Shown piece after piece: positions 25,299 through 37,087 of a stretch of DNA of 64,000 nt; within the stretch, counting starts at the first letter, position 1; each line of letters starts with the position of its first letter. The notes under the pieces were generated by a model. The model made no database searches. It was not told where the DNA came from and was given only the letters and a program-made list of their open reading frames with translations. This stretch comes from Gracilinanus agilis (lineage: Eukaryota): contig NC_058133.1 in the NCBI RefSeq assembly GCF_016433145.1, positions 250,568,020 to 250,632,019 of the forward strand, read 5' to 3'. The translations under genes and the position numbers were made by a program.

Positions 25299-26284
25299 AA
25301 TGAAATGTAGAGAACTTTGGAGTCTTTATTAATCTCACCTGCTTGGCAGGGTGTGGGAGGAATTTGACCTGAGGGACTCTTGTCTTTATATTCTTTCCTT
25401 TGATAATCTCATCTACTAGACTGGCTTCAACTATGACCCTTATATTAACTTCATATATTTACATGTCCCTTGATTTTCTTATCAGCTCTGATAGGTTCAA
25501 TTGCCAGCTTCAATAACCAGCTACTAAGGACTCCCATTAACCTCTTCCCCAACCATAGTTCCACTTCACCAATGCCCTGCTTCCTGAATGTCCCTTCTGT
25601 TCATAAAAATTAAACATTTCCAAAACAGAACCTTTCTCCCTAGTTTCCTTCTCCAAATTTCCTATTAAGGGTAGCACCATCTCCCAGATACACTGGTTCG
25701 AAGCCTTAAAGTCATCTTTGTCTTTTTCTTACTCTCAGCCTCCATATTAAATCTTGTCAATTGTATCTCAGTGACCTCTCTCATACTCATCCCTTTCTTT
25801 TCCACTTAAACTGCCACTAACCTAGAGCTTCATCACCTTCCATCTAGCTATTATAAATAGCCTAATTGGTCTTCCTGATTTTAGTTTCTCCTTTTTATAC
25901 AATCTTTCCTACTGACAGCCCTCCTCCCCCAGATAATTTTTAATTCAAACAAGCACCTACTATGTGCTAGGTACTATGGATTAGATGAGATGATTTTTGA
26001 GGAATCTGTCCTGCTCTGACATTCTTTTGGTCTACATCTAAAGCCAATGTACTCATCTTCTTTCTAATTTGTTACTGATTCTACCATTTGAAAGTCAGGG
26101 TTGAAACCTTTGTGGTTTTGTTTCCTTTTTTCTCTGCTTCCAGGCATTTTGTTTTGTCCATTCTATCTTCAAAATCTGTCCAGCAAACATTCTTTGCCAT
26201 CAAGTAGTTTACAAGGGGGAGAATGTACTACCAAGTGGTGTGTGTGTGTGTGTGTGTGTGTATTTGGAACAAGAAGAAGCCTTG

Positions 26285-26891
26285 TGTAGGAGATAGCATC
26301 TAAATTATTTGGAAGTTAATTCCAAACACAGAGGACTACTTACAATTAAGGCACAGAGGAGTTATGAGATAGCAGGGGTTTGACCATGTTGTCACCTATG
26401 TGTCTGGGGTGTCCTGCATGGCCCATCCCTTTCACAGAACCTTTCTTTCCATATTAAGGCTGCCTGATTAGCATATCAGGACTTGTTACTATCTCCTCAA
26501 ATTACCTTCTCCCCTTTTTGTACATGTAAGCTTCTTTTGGGGGACTGTTTTATTTTTGTCTTTTGTATACCAAAGACCTTGTATAAGAGCCTAAGGTATT
26601 CCCTCCACTGCTGCTTCAGTGGGCTGATTTCCTGGCCACACCTAATCAAGGGTTGAGTGAAGAGGAAACCATTCTGACCCTGTTTTCATCCCAATATCAA
26701 ATTGGGCCCACCTTGTGGCCAGCTCTACTTTCCAACCTGATGACTATCCTGATGGGATTCCTTACTCTGCCATTGCTGTTTCTGATTGTGAATATATGCT
26801 AAATAAACTTACTTGCTTTTTTTAGCTTTCTGGTTGCTCCCTAAGTGCCTTGTGGGTATTTCTCTTGCAGTTTCCCTCCCCCTTGACCTCA
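26285..26891 (+). mobile_element. Possible LTR-like element
   Basis: TG start, AATAAA at ~26812, U5-like tail ending CA; no TSD confirmed. Confidence 0.35.
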
Positions 26892-27566
26892 TAAGTAGAG
26901 CCTGTAGGGACAGGACAGACCATATCACTCTTTTAACTTTCTATAGCATCTAGGACAAAATAAAAGCTATTTGGATAAGCATTTTAAGGTCCTTTATAAT
27001 TTGGCTCCAATCTACCCTGACAGACTTATTTCACATTATTCCCCTTCGTGTCCTAATCTATTTTATTATTTTATTTTTTAAAACCCTTACCTTCTGTCTT
27101 AGAATCAGTACTATGTATTGGTTCTAAGGCAGAAGAGCAATAAAGGTTAGGCAATGGAGGTTAAGTGACTTGCCTAGGGTTACACAGCTAGGAAGTGTCT
27201 GAGGCCACATTTGAACTCAGGACCTCCTGTCTCTAGGACAGGTTCTTAATCCACTGAGCTACCCAACTATCTACCTCCCCCCCCCCCCCCCATCTGCTTT
27301 AAAGCATAGCTCTTCCCTGAATTCAGCATTCTATATCCTTCTCTCATTTCCATGCAGTTAAACAAGTCATCTCCTCTGTCTGGAATGTACTCCTTCTTCA
27401 TGTCAATCTCCCAAAATACTTATTTTCCTTCTAGGCTCATCGCCTCCTCTAAGAAGCCTTCCTTGTTACTATCTCCTCAAATTACCTTCTCCCCCTTTTG
27501 TACATGTAAGCTTCTTTTGGGGGACTGTTTTATTTTTGTCTTTTATATACCAAAGACCATGTATAA
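26482..27566 (+). repeat. 105-bp direct repeat pair (26482-26586 and 27462-27566)
   Basis: Two mismatches over 105 bp; offset 980 bp. Confidence 0.92.
27075..27275 (-). mobile_element. Marsupial SINE copy
   Basis: Reverse complement of the SINE consensus seen elsewhere in the window. Confidence 0.8.
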
Positions 27567-29899
27567 TGTCTTATACACAGTAGGCACTTATTAACATTTG
27601 TTGAATTGAGTCTAAGCCATATCCTTGTGAATTCTGCCTCTAAATATTTTTTTTACATCCATCCCCTCCTTCCCAATTTTACTGCAACCACCTCATTCAG
27701 ATCCCTATGTCCTCTTATAACTTCAGTTCAGTTGTGTTGCCACTGCTGTAAAAATCATCATAATGCTCAGGTCTGGTCATGTCATTCCTCTTCTCAAAAA
27801 CCATTAGTGACTCCTTGAAGGCTGCTTCATAAAGTCCAAACTCTTTAATCTGGCATTCAAATCATGTCTCCAATCTATTCTTCCACCCTTATCTCACACT
27901 ATTCCCCTTCATATACAATACACTCCATCCAAATTCTTTGAATTTACATCTACAGTTTTCTGCCTTATTAAGTTTTTGCTTATTGCATCCCCTTTTCCTG
28001 AAACATCCTTTTCCTGATAACTCTGCCAGTTAAAATCCACTGAGGCGGAACTGAAAAGCCACCTCCTCCATGAAGCCTTCCCTTATCTTCCCTTTCCAGA
28101 CTGGTAAGTAATCTCTTCCGAACTCTCATAGATAGCACTATGTACCTCTCTTTTCTTATCACATTCAACCTTAATTCCCATTGTTTATATCTGAGTCACA
28201 TCTCCCCCTAAAATACTGTAATTGTGGTATTTTATTCATCTTTACGTCCTATCCCACCTATCTGCATAATGCCTGCACTTAGTAGGTACTTAGTAAATGA
28301 GAACCAATATGTAAGTGAAGTGAATGGAATGAAAATGGGCCATGGAAATGGAGATAAAGGAAAGGATCCTAACCATATTTTTAACACAGAATGGACAAGG
28401 CCTTGTGACAAAATGGAGAAAGAGGGGAAAAGAGATACCAAGATTACAAGCAAGTTTGACTTTTAAAATGGCAGAATCAGTAAAAATCTGGAAAGGAAGA
28501 TTAAGATACTGGCTATATATAAACCAATCAAGAAGTATTTGTTAAATAGTTACTGTGTACCAAACACCATTCTAAGTGCTAGAGATATAAATACAAAAAA
28601 TGAAACAAATCCTACTTTGAAAACACTTTTATTCTATGGGGGGATATTATGATATGTACATATGTGTAAGAAATCAAATATTTTGTAGCATTCTCCCTTC
28701 CCCTCAACTCACTGAAGGATGTTATCACAGAAATCATTAATTACAGAGGTGTTAATGAGGTAACATGATGTTCACACCTATGTGAACACTTTCTCTGATG
28801 CAATTAAAGGAAGCCAAGCCATTGGATAAGCAAGATGAGGTGATATATCAAAAGAGATAATATTTGTAAAAAAGAATTTAGCTAATAGCTGTAATAATAA
28901 TAGCTAACATTTGCATAGTTCCTACTATGCACCATGCACTATGACAAGCTCCTTATAAACATTTCATTTGATTCTAACAACTAGCCTGGGAGGTACGTGC
29001 TAATATTATCCTCATTTTATAGCTGGGGAGACTGAGGCTAATGGCATTAAGTTGTTCAGGGTCACACAGCTATGTCAGATTAGAATCAGGTCTGCCAGAA
29101 TCTAGGACTTCCTGGCTTAGAACACAGTGCCTGGCACTTACTTCATAGTAAACACTTTATAAATGCTTCATTTTCTCCCCTCCCCAACATTTGTTGAATA
29201 AAATGTCAGATATAAAGTAGGCAGTAAGGAAAAGCACTAGTAGTTGGGGAGATGAAAAGCTCTGTAGTACTTGAGCCAAGGAGATTCTATGTAGACTCAA
29301 AACTGAAAGGAATCTCAATGGCAGTTTTCCCAATCTATCTTACATAAGAGACCACCAAAGCCCAGAGAGTGGAAACAACTTGACCATATACACCTAGTTA
29401 GCCTTCCAGAGCCCAGGTTTCCAAATTCCCATTCAGGTGTTCTACACTACCTTTCTTTGAGTTTTTAGTAAGGATGAAACAATCTAAGGGAGTCTAGAAC
29501 GGCAAGTATGATCCTCACGTGTGTAAGGTAGGGACTGGAGACGCAGATATAGGTATGGGTGTAACATGCATATGGTGGGTGCCTAATAAATGTGGATAGA
29601 TGCGCACATAGGTGGTAACTAGGGCCATATGAGAAGAACCAATTTTAGGGAAGGAATCACACGCTTGAGATGGTTTCTGGAAGGTCGTAGTTCCTGCATT
29701 CACCAGGAGGGGGCGCTGTGGCCATGTGGTGGAAGTGTATGTGTGTGCCCAGTGTGATGACCTCCCCCTCCAAACCACTGTAACTTTTTCCATTAAACCC
29801 ACTCCCTTTACCCGCATACCAGCACTCCTCCCTTCTCCTCTAGGGTTGGCTGATTTGCATATCAGCATCCTACATCTTAGGGTCGACTAATTAGCATAT

Positions 29900-30900
29900 A
29901 TGGGAAAGGCCCTATATAAGCCCCCCATCAATCCCTGGGGTGCCGGAAGGCAGAAGAGGCTGGCCGGGATCCCTTCGGTGCCGCCCCCCCCCAACACCAC
30001 CACCCCTTCTACCCGACTTTCCACGCCCATCTCTCCTCCGAGGCCGAGAGCATGTGCTAAATAAATGCAGCTTGACTGATTCATGCCTCACACTTGTTTC
30101 TCCCCCTCCTCCCACCTCCCCGATACCTAGAATGACTCACTGAGCATGAACCAAGAAGGTGCCTATAGGCGCTACCAAAACAGGCCACCTCCGGATGTCT
30201 GCGGCCCAGCCGCTCAAGGGTTTGGCCGCTAGAGATCATAAGCTCGTAGATTGAGAGCACCGAATCCGCAGGAGAGGAAGATAGAGATAGACAGGGGATA
30301 GGCAGGGGGCGGGGAGGAGGGACTGTCTTTCAGCCTTCATTTTTTCATCCTCTCTCTCTTCGGCTTCCTTGGTCCCTGTAGTTGGAGAAGACCCGGAGAG
30401 CGGGGGAGGGGAGGCCCTCAAAGAAAGCAGCTGCCGGCCCTTTCCTCTTCTCTCACCCCACCTCAAGGGTCTGCACTAGTTCTCGGACCTCTCCTGCAAA
30501 ACCTAGGCCGAAGTGCAGTTCTAGGGCTCTCACGGATATGAATATATTTTATTCGTCCTGAACTGAGCCGCCGGAGCCCGCCTGGCACTGCCCGAGAGCC
30601 ATCCTAGGGGTGGGGGCTTACTGTAAGCCGGGGCGAAGAGGCGGCCGCTTAGGGCGGGGAGGGAAGGTCTAGCAGGGCGGGCTCTCCGGGGGTGAGGAGA
30701 AGAGAACAAAGAGACGGGTCGAGTGGACGGAGCTAGGGCTGGTGCGGCTGGGAGCCAGGCATTCCAGGACACCCGGCCCCCTCCCAGGGCTGCTTCTTCT
30801 ATTCCCTGCCTCCTCCCTCCCCCTAGCCCCACTTCCCCGGCATCTCCACTTCCTGCGACCACTTTTCCTGTTTCTCTGAGTGAGCCGCAGCCCTGACCCC
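29900..30900. promoter_or_regulatory. CpG-rich PLSCR3 promoter / first non-coding exon region
   Basis: CpG cluster with GC boxes (GGGCGG near 30652 and 30676); possible donor ga|gtgagc at 30880 upstream of the ATG exon. Confidence 0.65.
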
Positions 30901-31047
30901 ATCTTTCTGTCCCAGATTTGTGTCTTGGCCCCTAGGTCTCTCTACTCCCCCGCCCCTTTTTCTCTCCACAACTTTCCTTCCTTGGCTCTCTTTCTCTAGA
31001 AGACACTTCCCACGGGACATCGACATCCCGCTTACAACGCCCCCTCC

Positions 31048-31054
31048 ATGGCAG
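31048..31054 (+). CDS. PLSCR3: PLSCR3 start-codon exon (ATG GCA G)
   Basis: Donor G|gtaagg; exon acceptor at the tandem tag/aag site 30998-31002. Confidence 0.85.
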
Positions 31055-34000
31055 GTAAGGGTGTCATCTATGGAGGTAATTAAAGGTTCCTGGGACAGGG
31101 TGGCTCCTGGGATGGACAGGGCTGGGAGGGATCATGTCTCTGAGGGATAAGTGAAGGTGGTTTGACTTCCATTAGGCCTCCTCTTTTCCTTCATTCTCCC
31201 ATCTCTTGAGCTGGCAACCTGGCGGAGGAGAGAGAGTGGGATGTCAAAGGAGGCATCACCTGGGAATGTAGTTGAACCTGCTAGGACAGAGTCCCTCCCT
31301 GCTATTCTCTCATGGTGTCTCTGTTCTACCTCCTTCATCTTTTTCTCCAGGTGTTTTTGTTTCCTTCATTTCTTCTTCTTTTTTTTTTTTTCTGTGTTTC
31401 CTCTTGGTTCTCTGGAGGAACTTAAGGAAGTGAGGAGGCCAGTCTACCCTCTCACTCCTTGCCTCTTACATATCACCTTCCCACAGGTTACTTGCCCCCC
31501 AAAGGCTATGCCCCATCACCCCCATACCCAGTGACCCAGCCTGCTTCATATTCCAATCCTGCGCCTGCCCCAGGCCACATTGTCAACCTCTTTCCTTCCC
31601 CTGGTCCTGTGGCCCCCTTGGAACCAGAACCAGTTACTGTTCCCTTCCTGCAGTTGCCTGGAGTCCCTTCTGGCCTGGAATTCCTTGTACAGGTGAGTTA
31701 GGAGTATGAGGGAGGAAAGCTGTGGGATCTGGATCCTAAGTCATTTTCGCTCACAAACTATTTCATTTAGTCCTTACAACAGTGGTGTTAGGTAGGGTAA
31801 ATCCAAATATTATGCCCATTTTATAAAGGAAATAGGGATTAGAGGTTGGGACTTGGGTGGTTATATATTACAGCAATGTAGATATAGAGTCCCTGGCTTC
31901 AAGGAGCTTACAGTCTGATAGAGGAGATAACACTATGTATTAATAACTTTAATACATGATGAAATGTAAGAGACATAAGAGACATAAAATATTACAAGAG
32001 AAAAACTTGCTTTTGAGAAGTAGTTGTGGTAGTAATGAATCAGGAAAGATTCCTGGAAAGAAGAGGCTAGAGTTTTGAAAGATGAATAGAATTTGGACAG
32101 GTAAAGGAGGGAGGACTAAGAAACTGGGAGTTTAAGTAAAAAGTACAGGGAAGGGAAAGTAGCAGGAAATATGGCTGGAAATATAGGCTTTCTATCTAGT
32201 TCCATGGGGTAGGGGAGAAGTGTGTTTGTATGTGTCTCTCTTCCTAGATTGATCAGATCCTGATTCACCAGAAGATTGAGCGGGTAAAAGGTAAGTGGGG
32301 TATAATTGTGCCCAGATATGAAAGAATGATAGGTTGGAGAAGGCTGAAGGAGCTAGAAGAGAAAATACTACAAAGTAGAGGAAATCTCCCAGTTGGAAAG
32401 TGGTAGGATAAGAAATGGGGGAGCCTGCACCTTGTTTCTCTAAATAATCTTATCGGCTCCCCTGGATTTGACTATCATCTCTATGCCAATTATGTCTACA
32501 TTTATCTATCCAGCTACAGGATACAGCTACAGGCTCCCTCCTTAGCTACACTTTCTTCTGATAGACAATTGAACATTTATTTTAATTTGGGGGGTTTATA
32601 TCTTTGTTTTTAACATCACCTTCAATTTTCCAATATTTCCCTCTCACTTCCCTCACTCAGGGATTGATCACTTATAACAAATAATAAAAAAAAAAGGAAA
32701 AAAAATGATAGTTCAGCAAAACTAACAAAGATAACAACCAAGCCCTACCTTGGAGGTATCATTTTTATACTCATAACTCCTCACTTCCACAAAGAAGACA
32801 GGAAGTTGCATCATCATAACTTTTCTTTGGGTGCAAATGTGGCAATTATAGTTAAAACATTCAGTTTTAATTTCTTTTGTTTTATACATTTATATTGATG
32901 AAGCATTCATGTATATTGATTTCCTGGTTCTGCTTATCTCACTGTGAGTGTGTGTGTGTGTGTGTGTGCTCATATGTATTGATCTTAGACTTCCATGTTT
33001 CTCTGTATCCTTCACTTTCATCATTTCTCATATCAGAGTAATATTTCCACATATGGAACATTTTAAATTGGATATCCCTTGAGCATCTTAAACTCAACAA
33101 TTCCCAAAGCTCATTATCTTCTCCATGCCCCACTCCTCCCCACCAACCTCCACTCTTCCTGAGATCCTTATTTTTGTTAACAGTATCACTCTTCTTATAG
33201 GTACTTAAATTCAAAGCCTTAGAGGTGGACTCTTCTTTCTTTATTTTTCTTTATATCCCATCAATTCCTAAATCTTGTTCTTTCTACTTCTACCATATCT
33301 CTTGTCACATCTAGCCTAGACTACTACTGCAAGTATTTCTCCTAATTGATCTCTTTGCTCCTGTTTTTTCCTACTCCAATCTACCTTCTACAGTTCTGCT
33401 AGAGGTTTGACCTTGCATGCTCCTGCTTAAGAAGTCCCAGTAGCTCCTAGTTACTCCTAGAATAATTCTCTTTCTCTCTCTCTCTCTTTTTTATTCTTCA
33501 CTTCTGTCTTAGAATTGATAGAGTTCCAAGGCAGAAGAGTGGTAAGAGCCAGGTAATTAAATGACTTACCCAGGGTCACACAGTTAGGAAGTATCTGAGG
33601 CCAGATTTGAACCAAGAACCTCTTGTCTCCAAGTCTGGCACTCTATCCATTGAGCTACCTAGAAACACTTCCCTAGGATAATTCTGATTGTTATTTAAAA
33701 CCCTTCATATTCTAACTCCACTCTATGATTCCTGGCTTATTTCATATTATTCCCCTTCACAAACCTACATAACGACTCCTGTCCCCCATGCCTAGAATTC
33801 CCCCCTTACCTAGTTCGTAGAATCCCCAAGTTCTTTCCAGGCTAAGTTCAATCTTGTACAGAAAGACTGCCTCGATTCCCCAATTGCTAGTGTTCTTCCC
33901 TCAGCATCAAAACTTATTTTGTACCTACTTATTTTCCTGTTGTTTCTTCATGGCCCTCAAGGGCAAAAATGATTTAATTTTTGTCTTTGTGTCTCAATCA

Positions 34001-37000
34001 GCATAAGATCTGGTACATACCAAGTACTTAGTAAAGGATGATCAAATGAATGGAGGTAGACTCAGAAATTCAGTGCTAATGTTCATGTATTCACCTCTCC
34101 CCATCCCCATCTCTTGCTCCTAGCATTCTTTGGCTGGGAGATCTGTAACCGGTATGAGCTACGTTCTGGAGTAGAGCAACCACTAGGCCAGGCAGTTGAA
34201 GAAAGCAGCTGCTGTGCCCATCTCTGCTGTGGGGCTCGCCGGCCCATGCGTATCCGTGTGGCTGATCCCATGAACAGGGAGGTCCTACACTTGGTCCGCC
34301 CTCTACATTGTGGGACCTGCTGCTGTCCCTGTTGCCTTCAGGAGGTGGGCTTGGATGTCTGAGACTTAAGGGGAGCTTGGGTTTATGGACAGGGTCTTAG
34401 AGATTGGGCCTGAAAGGGCTGGGAGGCAACAACTCAGAACCTGGGAGGTGGAAGGCTAGAACTAAGAATGTTGAGGCTGGGGGCATTTGAGCCAGCAGCT
34501 AAGAAACATTGAGGTTAAGGTGCCAGAATCTGGTGGTCTTCTTCCTCCATGGACCCAGGTCCATGAAGAAAATTGAAGTCTGGATTGGAGGCTGGACAGC
34601 TTGGAACCTTGTGGTGATTCTCTCTCCTCATGTCCTTAGCTGGAAGTACAGGCCCCGCCTGGTACAACTATTGGGCATGTACTACAGACCTGGCATCCCT
34701 TCCTCCCCAAGTTCTCCATCCAAGATGCAGATCGTCAGACACTGCTTCGAGTTGTGGGTCCATGCTGTACCTGTGGTTGTGGCAGTGACACCAACTTTGA
34801 GGTAGGGATTAAGTAGCAGAAATTATGATAGCGGAGTTGAGAGAGCCAGTGAGAACTCTGGGATTTAATATCTTATACTGCATAAACACAGCTCTGGTCC
34901 TTCCCTTAAATAGAGAAATGCTCAAAAGTCTAACATATTATCTAAGATGGTCAGCCCTAGAAACCAAGATGGCCAGTTCTAATATATAGAATCTTTTAAT
35001 ACCAACACCCAAATCCAATATGGCTGCCACTAGGTTCAAAGATATTTTCTTCCATAAGATGACCTTATGGTCTAATGCAGTGGATACTGCTATGATGCCA
35101 AACTTCAACCTTTATACTGTAACATCCTAATACCTGACATTCAAAATGGTGACTTTTTAGTAATGATGTTTTAGGGAACGTTGAAGGAAGAGGACTTTGT
35201 AATTTCTATTATATTTTTTTAAAAATCCTTACCTTCTGCCTTAGAATCAATACTAAGTACTGGTTCCAAGGAGGAAGAGCAGATAGGGCTAGGCAACTGG
35301 GGTTAAGTAATTGCCCAGGGTCAGACAAACTAGAAAGTGTCTGAGGTCAAATTTGAACCCAGCAACTCCTGTTTCCAGGACCAACTCTCTATCCATTGAG
35401 CTACCTAGCTGCCCCTCCTTTGTCTTTTTAGACAAGTTCTTTCTTCTAGTGGTGCTGGTTTAGTATCCCGCTGGTTGACCGATTGCTGCAGGCAGGAAAA
35501 CCAGTTTTCAACACTGACGCTCAAAGGCATGGCATTTAATTGATTGATTGGCACATGTCAACACAGAATCATAAGATTATAGATTTAGAGTCGGAAGCCA
35601 CCTAGTCCAACCCTCTCATTTTATAAGTAAGGCAAGTGAGGTTCATAGAAGTAAAGTGATTGAACCTCCCCCATTTAAAAAAAATTTTTTTAAGTGACTT
35701 ACTCATATTCACAAGATTTGGAAGACAATTTAGATCTCTATCCAGTCCCCTTCACTTTAAGATTAAGAAACTGATGCCAAGAATGAGCTAGGTAGCTTAA
35801 TAGATAGAGTAACAGGTCTGGACTTGGAAGGACCTGGATTCAAATCTGGTCTCAGACACTTCCTAGCTAAGTGATTCTGGGCAAGTCACTTCTGTCCCTT
35901 CTGTCTTAGAGTTGTTACTAAAACGGAAAAAAAAAAGAAAAGAAAAAAGAAACATATCAGAGTTTCGGTAACTAGTTACTTAATTAATTAATCAGTAACC
36001 AATTACTTAGTTACCTCTAAGTAACAAGTTCAAGACCACATAGTATATAGCAAAACTTGAATTAGAACTCAGATTCTTTAGATACCAAGATATGAAATTC
36101 ATGCTCTCAAGTCGTTTATAATTGAATGGTGGAATATAAGATATACCAAAATAAGGATGATACAGAGTAGAATGTTATGATAGCAGAGTAGATATCTGGA
36201 TAAAGTGTTTTAGAAAACATATAGAGAGGAAAAGAAAGGGAGGGAAGAATAGGACTTGGGATGACAAAGGCCAAGCTAACTGTGACCATGTTTCACCATG
36301 TCCTCAAACAGAAGAACTCTCAGGGATCCTTAGAATCAGCTTGAAAGCAGTAGCTTTGGGATAAATAAGAGCTTCTTGGCAACACTTTAACTGCTGTAAA
36401 TAAAAAGAATTCATTGCTCCAAGAAGTTTGAAAATAGATCAGTTTGAGAGGGGTCAGCTCATGAATGATAGCTCCATAGGGTTAAGACTCTCCATGGAAC
36501 CTGCTGGTTTTCCTTGGTAATCCGCCATGGACCTGTCAGCATTCTTGCCAGGTAACAAGAGGGAATAGATTCCACATAAAGCAGCTAGCCTCCTCCATAT
36601 ATCATGGCTCATCAGTTCCCTTTTCCTGGTCATCAGGTGAAGACTAAAGATGAATCACGGAGTGTGGGTCGGATCAGTAAACAGTGGGGAGGCATTGTGC
36701 CAGAGGCCCTCACTGATGCAGACCAGTTTGGCCTCCAGTTCCCCCTGGACCTTGATGTAAGATTGAAGGCTGTGCTGCTGGGAGCAGCTTTTCTTATTGT
36801 GAGTGCTCATATCCTATGCTCCTTCTATGTCCCTCTTTATCTGAGTGTCTTGATCATCTCAAAAGTATGAGGGTGGGGTGGAGGGGGGAGAATGAACCGT
36901 AATGTGAAAAAAAAGATGGGCAAATAGAGAGGGGTAGTCCTTTGGGAGAACATGGATGGGATTAAAGGATACTATGTCAGGATCCCTCTTACCGTGTCTT

Positions 37001-37087
37001 TATTGGCTCCTCCCCTCCCCCCAGGATTACATGTTTTTTGAGAGGCCGGGAGATGCTAATTCGGGGCCTTCGGTCATCACCAGTTAG
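31048..37087 (+). CDS. PLSCR3: Phospholipid scramblase 3, join(31048-31054, 31487-31692, 32248-32290, 34124-34344, 34640-34801, 36637-36798, 37025-37087), 287 aa
   Basis: [41 protein letters not shown], Cys-rich CCPCC palmitoylation motif, [27 protein letters not shown]...VITS*. 864 nt, phases consistent. Confidence 0.96.
31487..31692 (+). CDS. PLSCR3: PLSCR3 proline-rich exon
   Basis: ccacag|GT ... CAG|gtgagt. Confidence 0.95.
32248..32290 (+). CDS. PLSCR3: PLSCR3 exon ([14 protein letters not shown])
   Basis: ttcctag|ATT ... AAG|gtaagt. Confidence 0.94.
33500..33662 (-). mobile_element. Marsupial SINE copy (PLSCR3 intron)
   Basis: Reverse-complement SINE core. Confidence 0.75.
34124..34344 (+). 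CDS. PLSCR3: PLSCR3 exon ([10 protein letters not shown]...CCPCCLQE)
   Basis: ctcctag|CA ... GAG|gtgggc. Confidence 0.95.
34640..34801 (+). CDS. PLSCR3: PLSCR3 exon (LEVQAPPG...DTNFE)
   Basis: ccttag|CTG ... GAG|gtaggg. Confidence 0.95.
35220..35415 (-). mobile_element. Marsupial SINE copy (PLSCR3 intron)
   Basis: Reverse-complement SINE core. Confidence 0.75.
35790..35950 (+). mobile_element. Marsupial SINE copy (PLSCR3 intron)
   Basis: Forward SINE core with A tail. Confidence 0.7.
36637..36798 (+). CDS. PLSCR3: PLSCR3 exon (VKTKDESR...AAFLI)
   Basis: catcag|GTG ... ATT|gtgagt. Confidence 0.95.
37025..37087 (+). CDS. PLSCR3: PLSCR3 last coding exon
   Basis: cccccag|GAT ... AGT TAG. Confidence 0.95.
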   Translation, partial: DYMFFERPGDANSGPSVITS

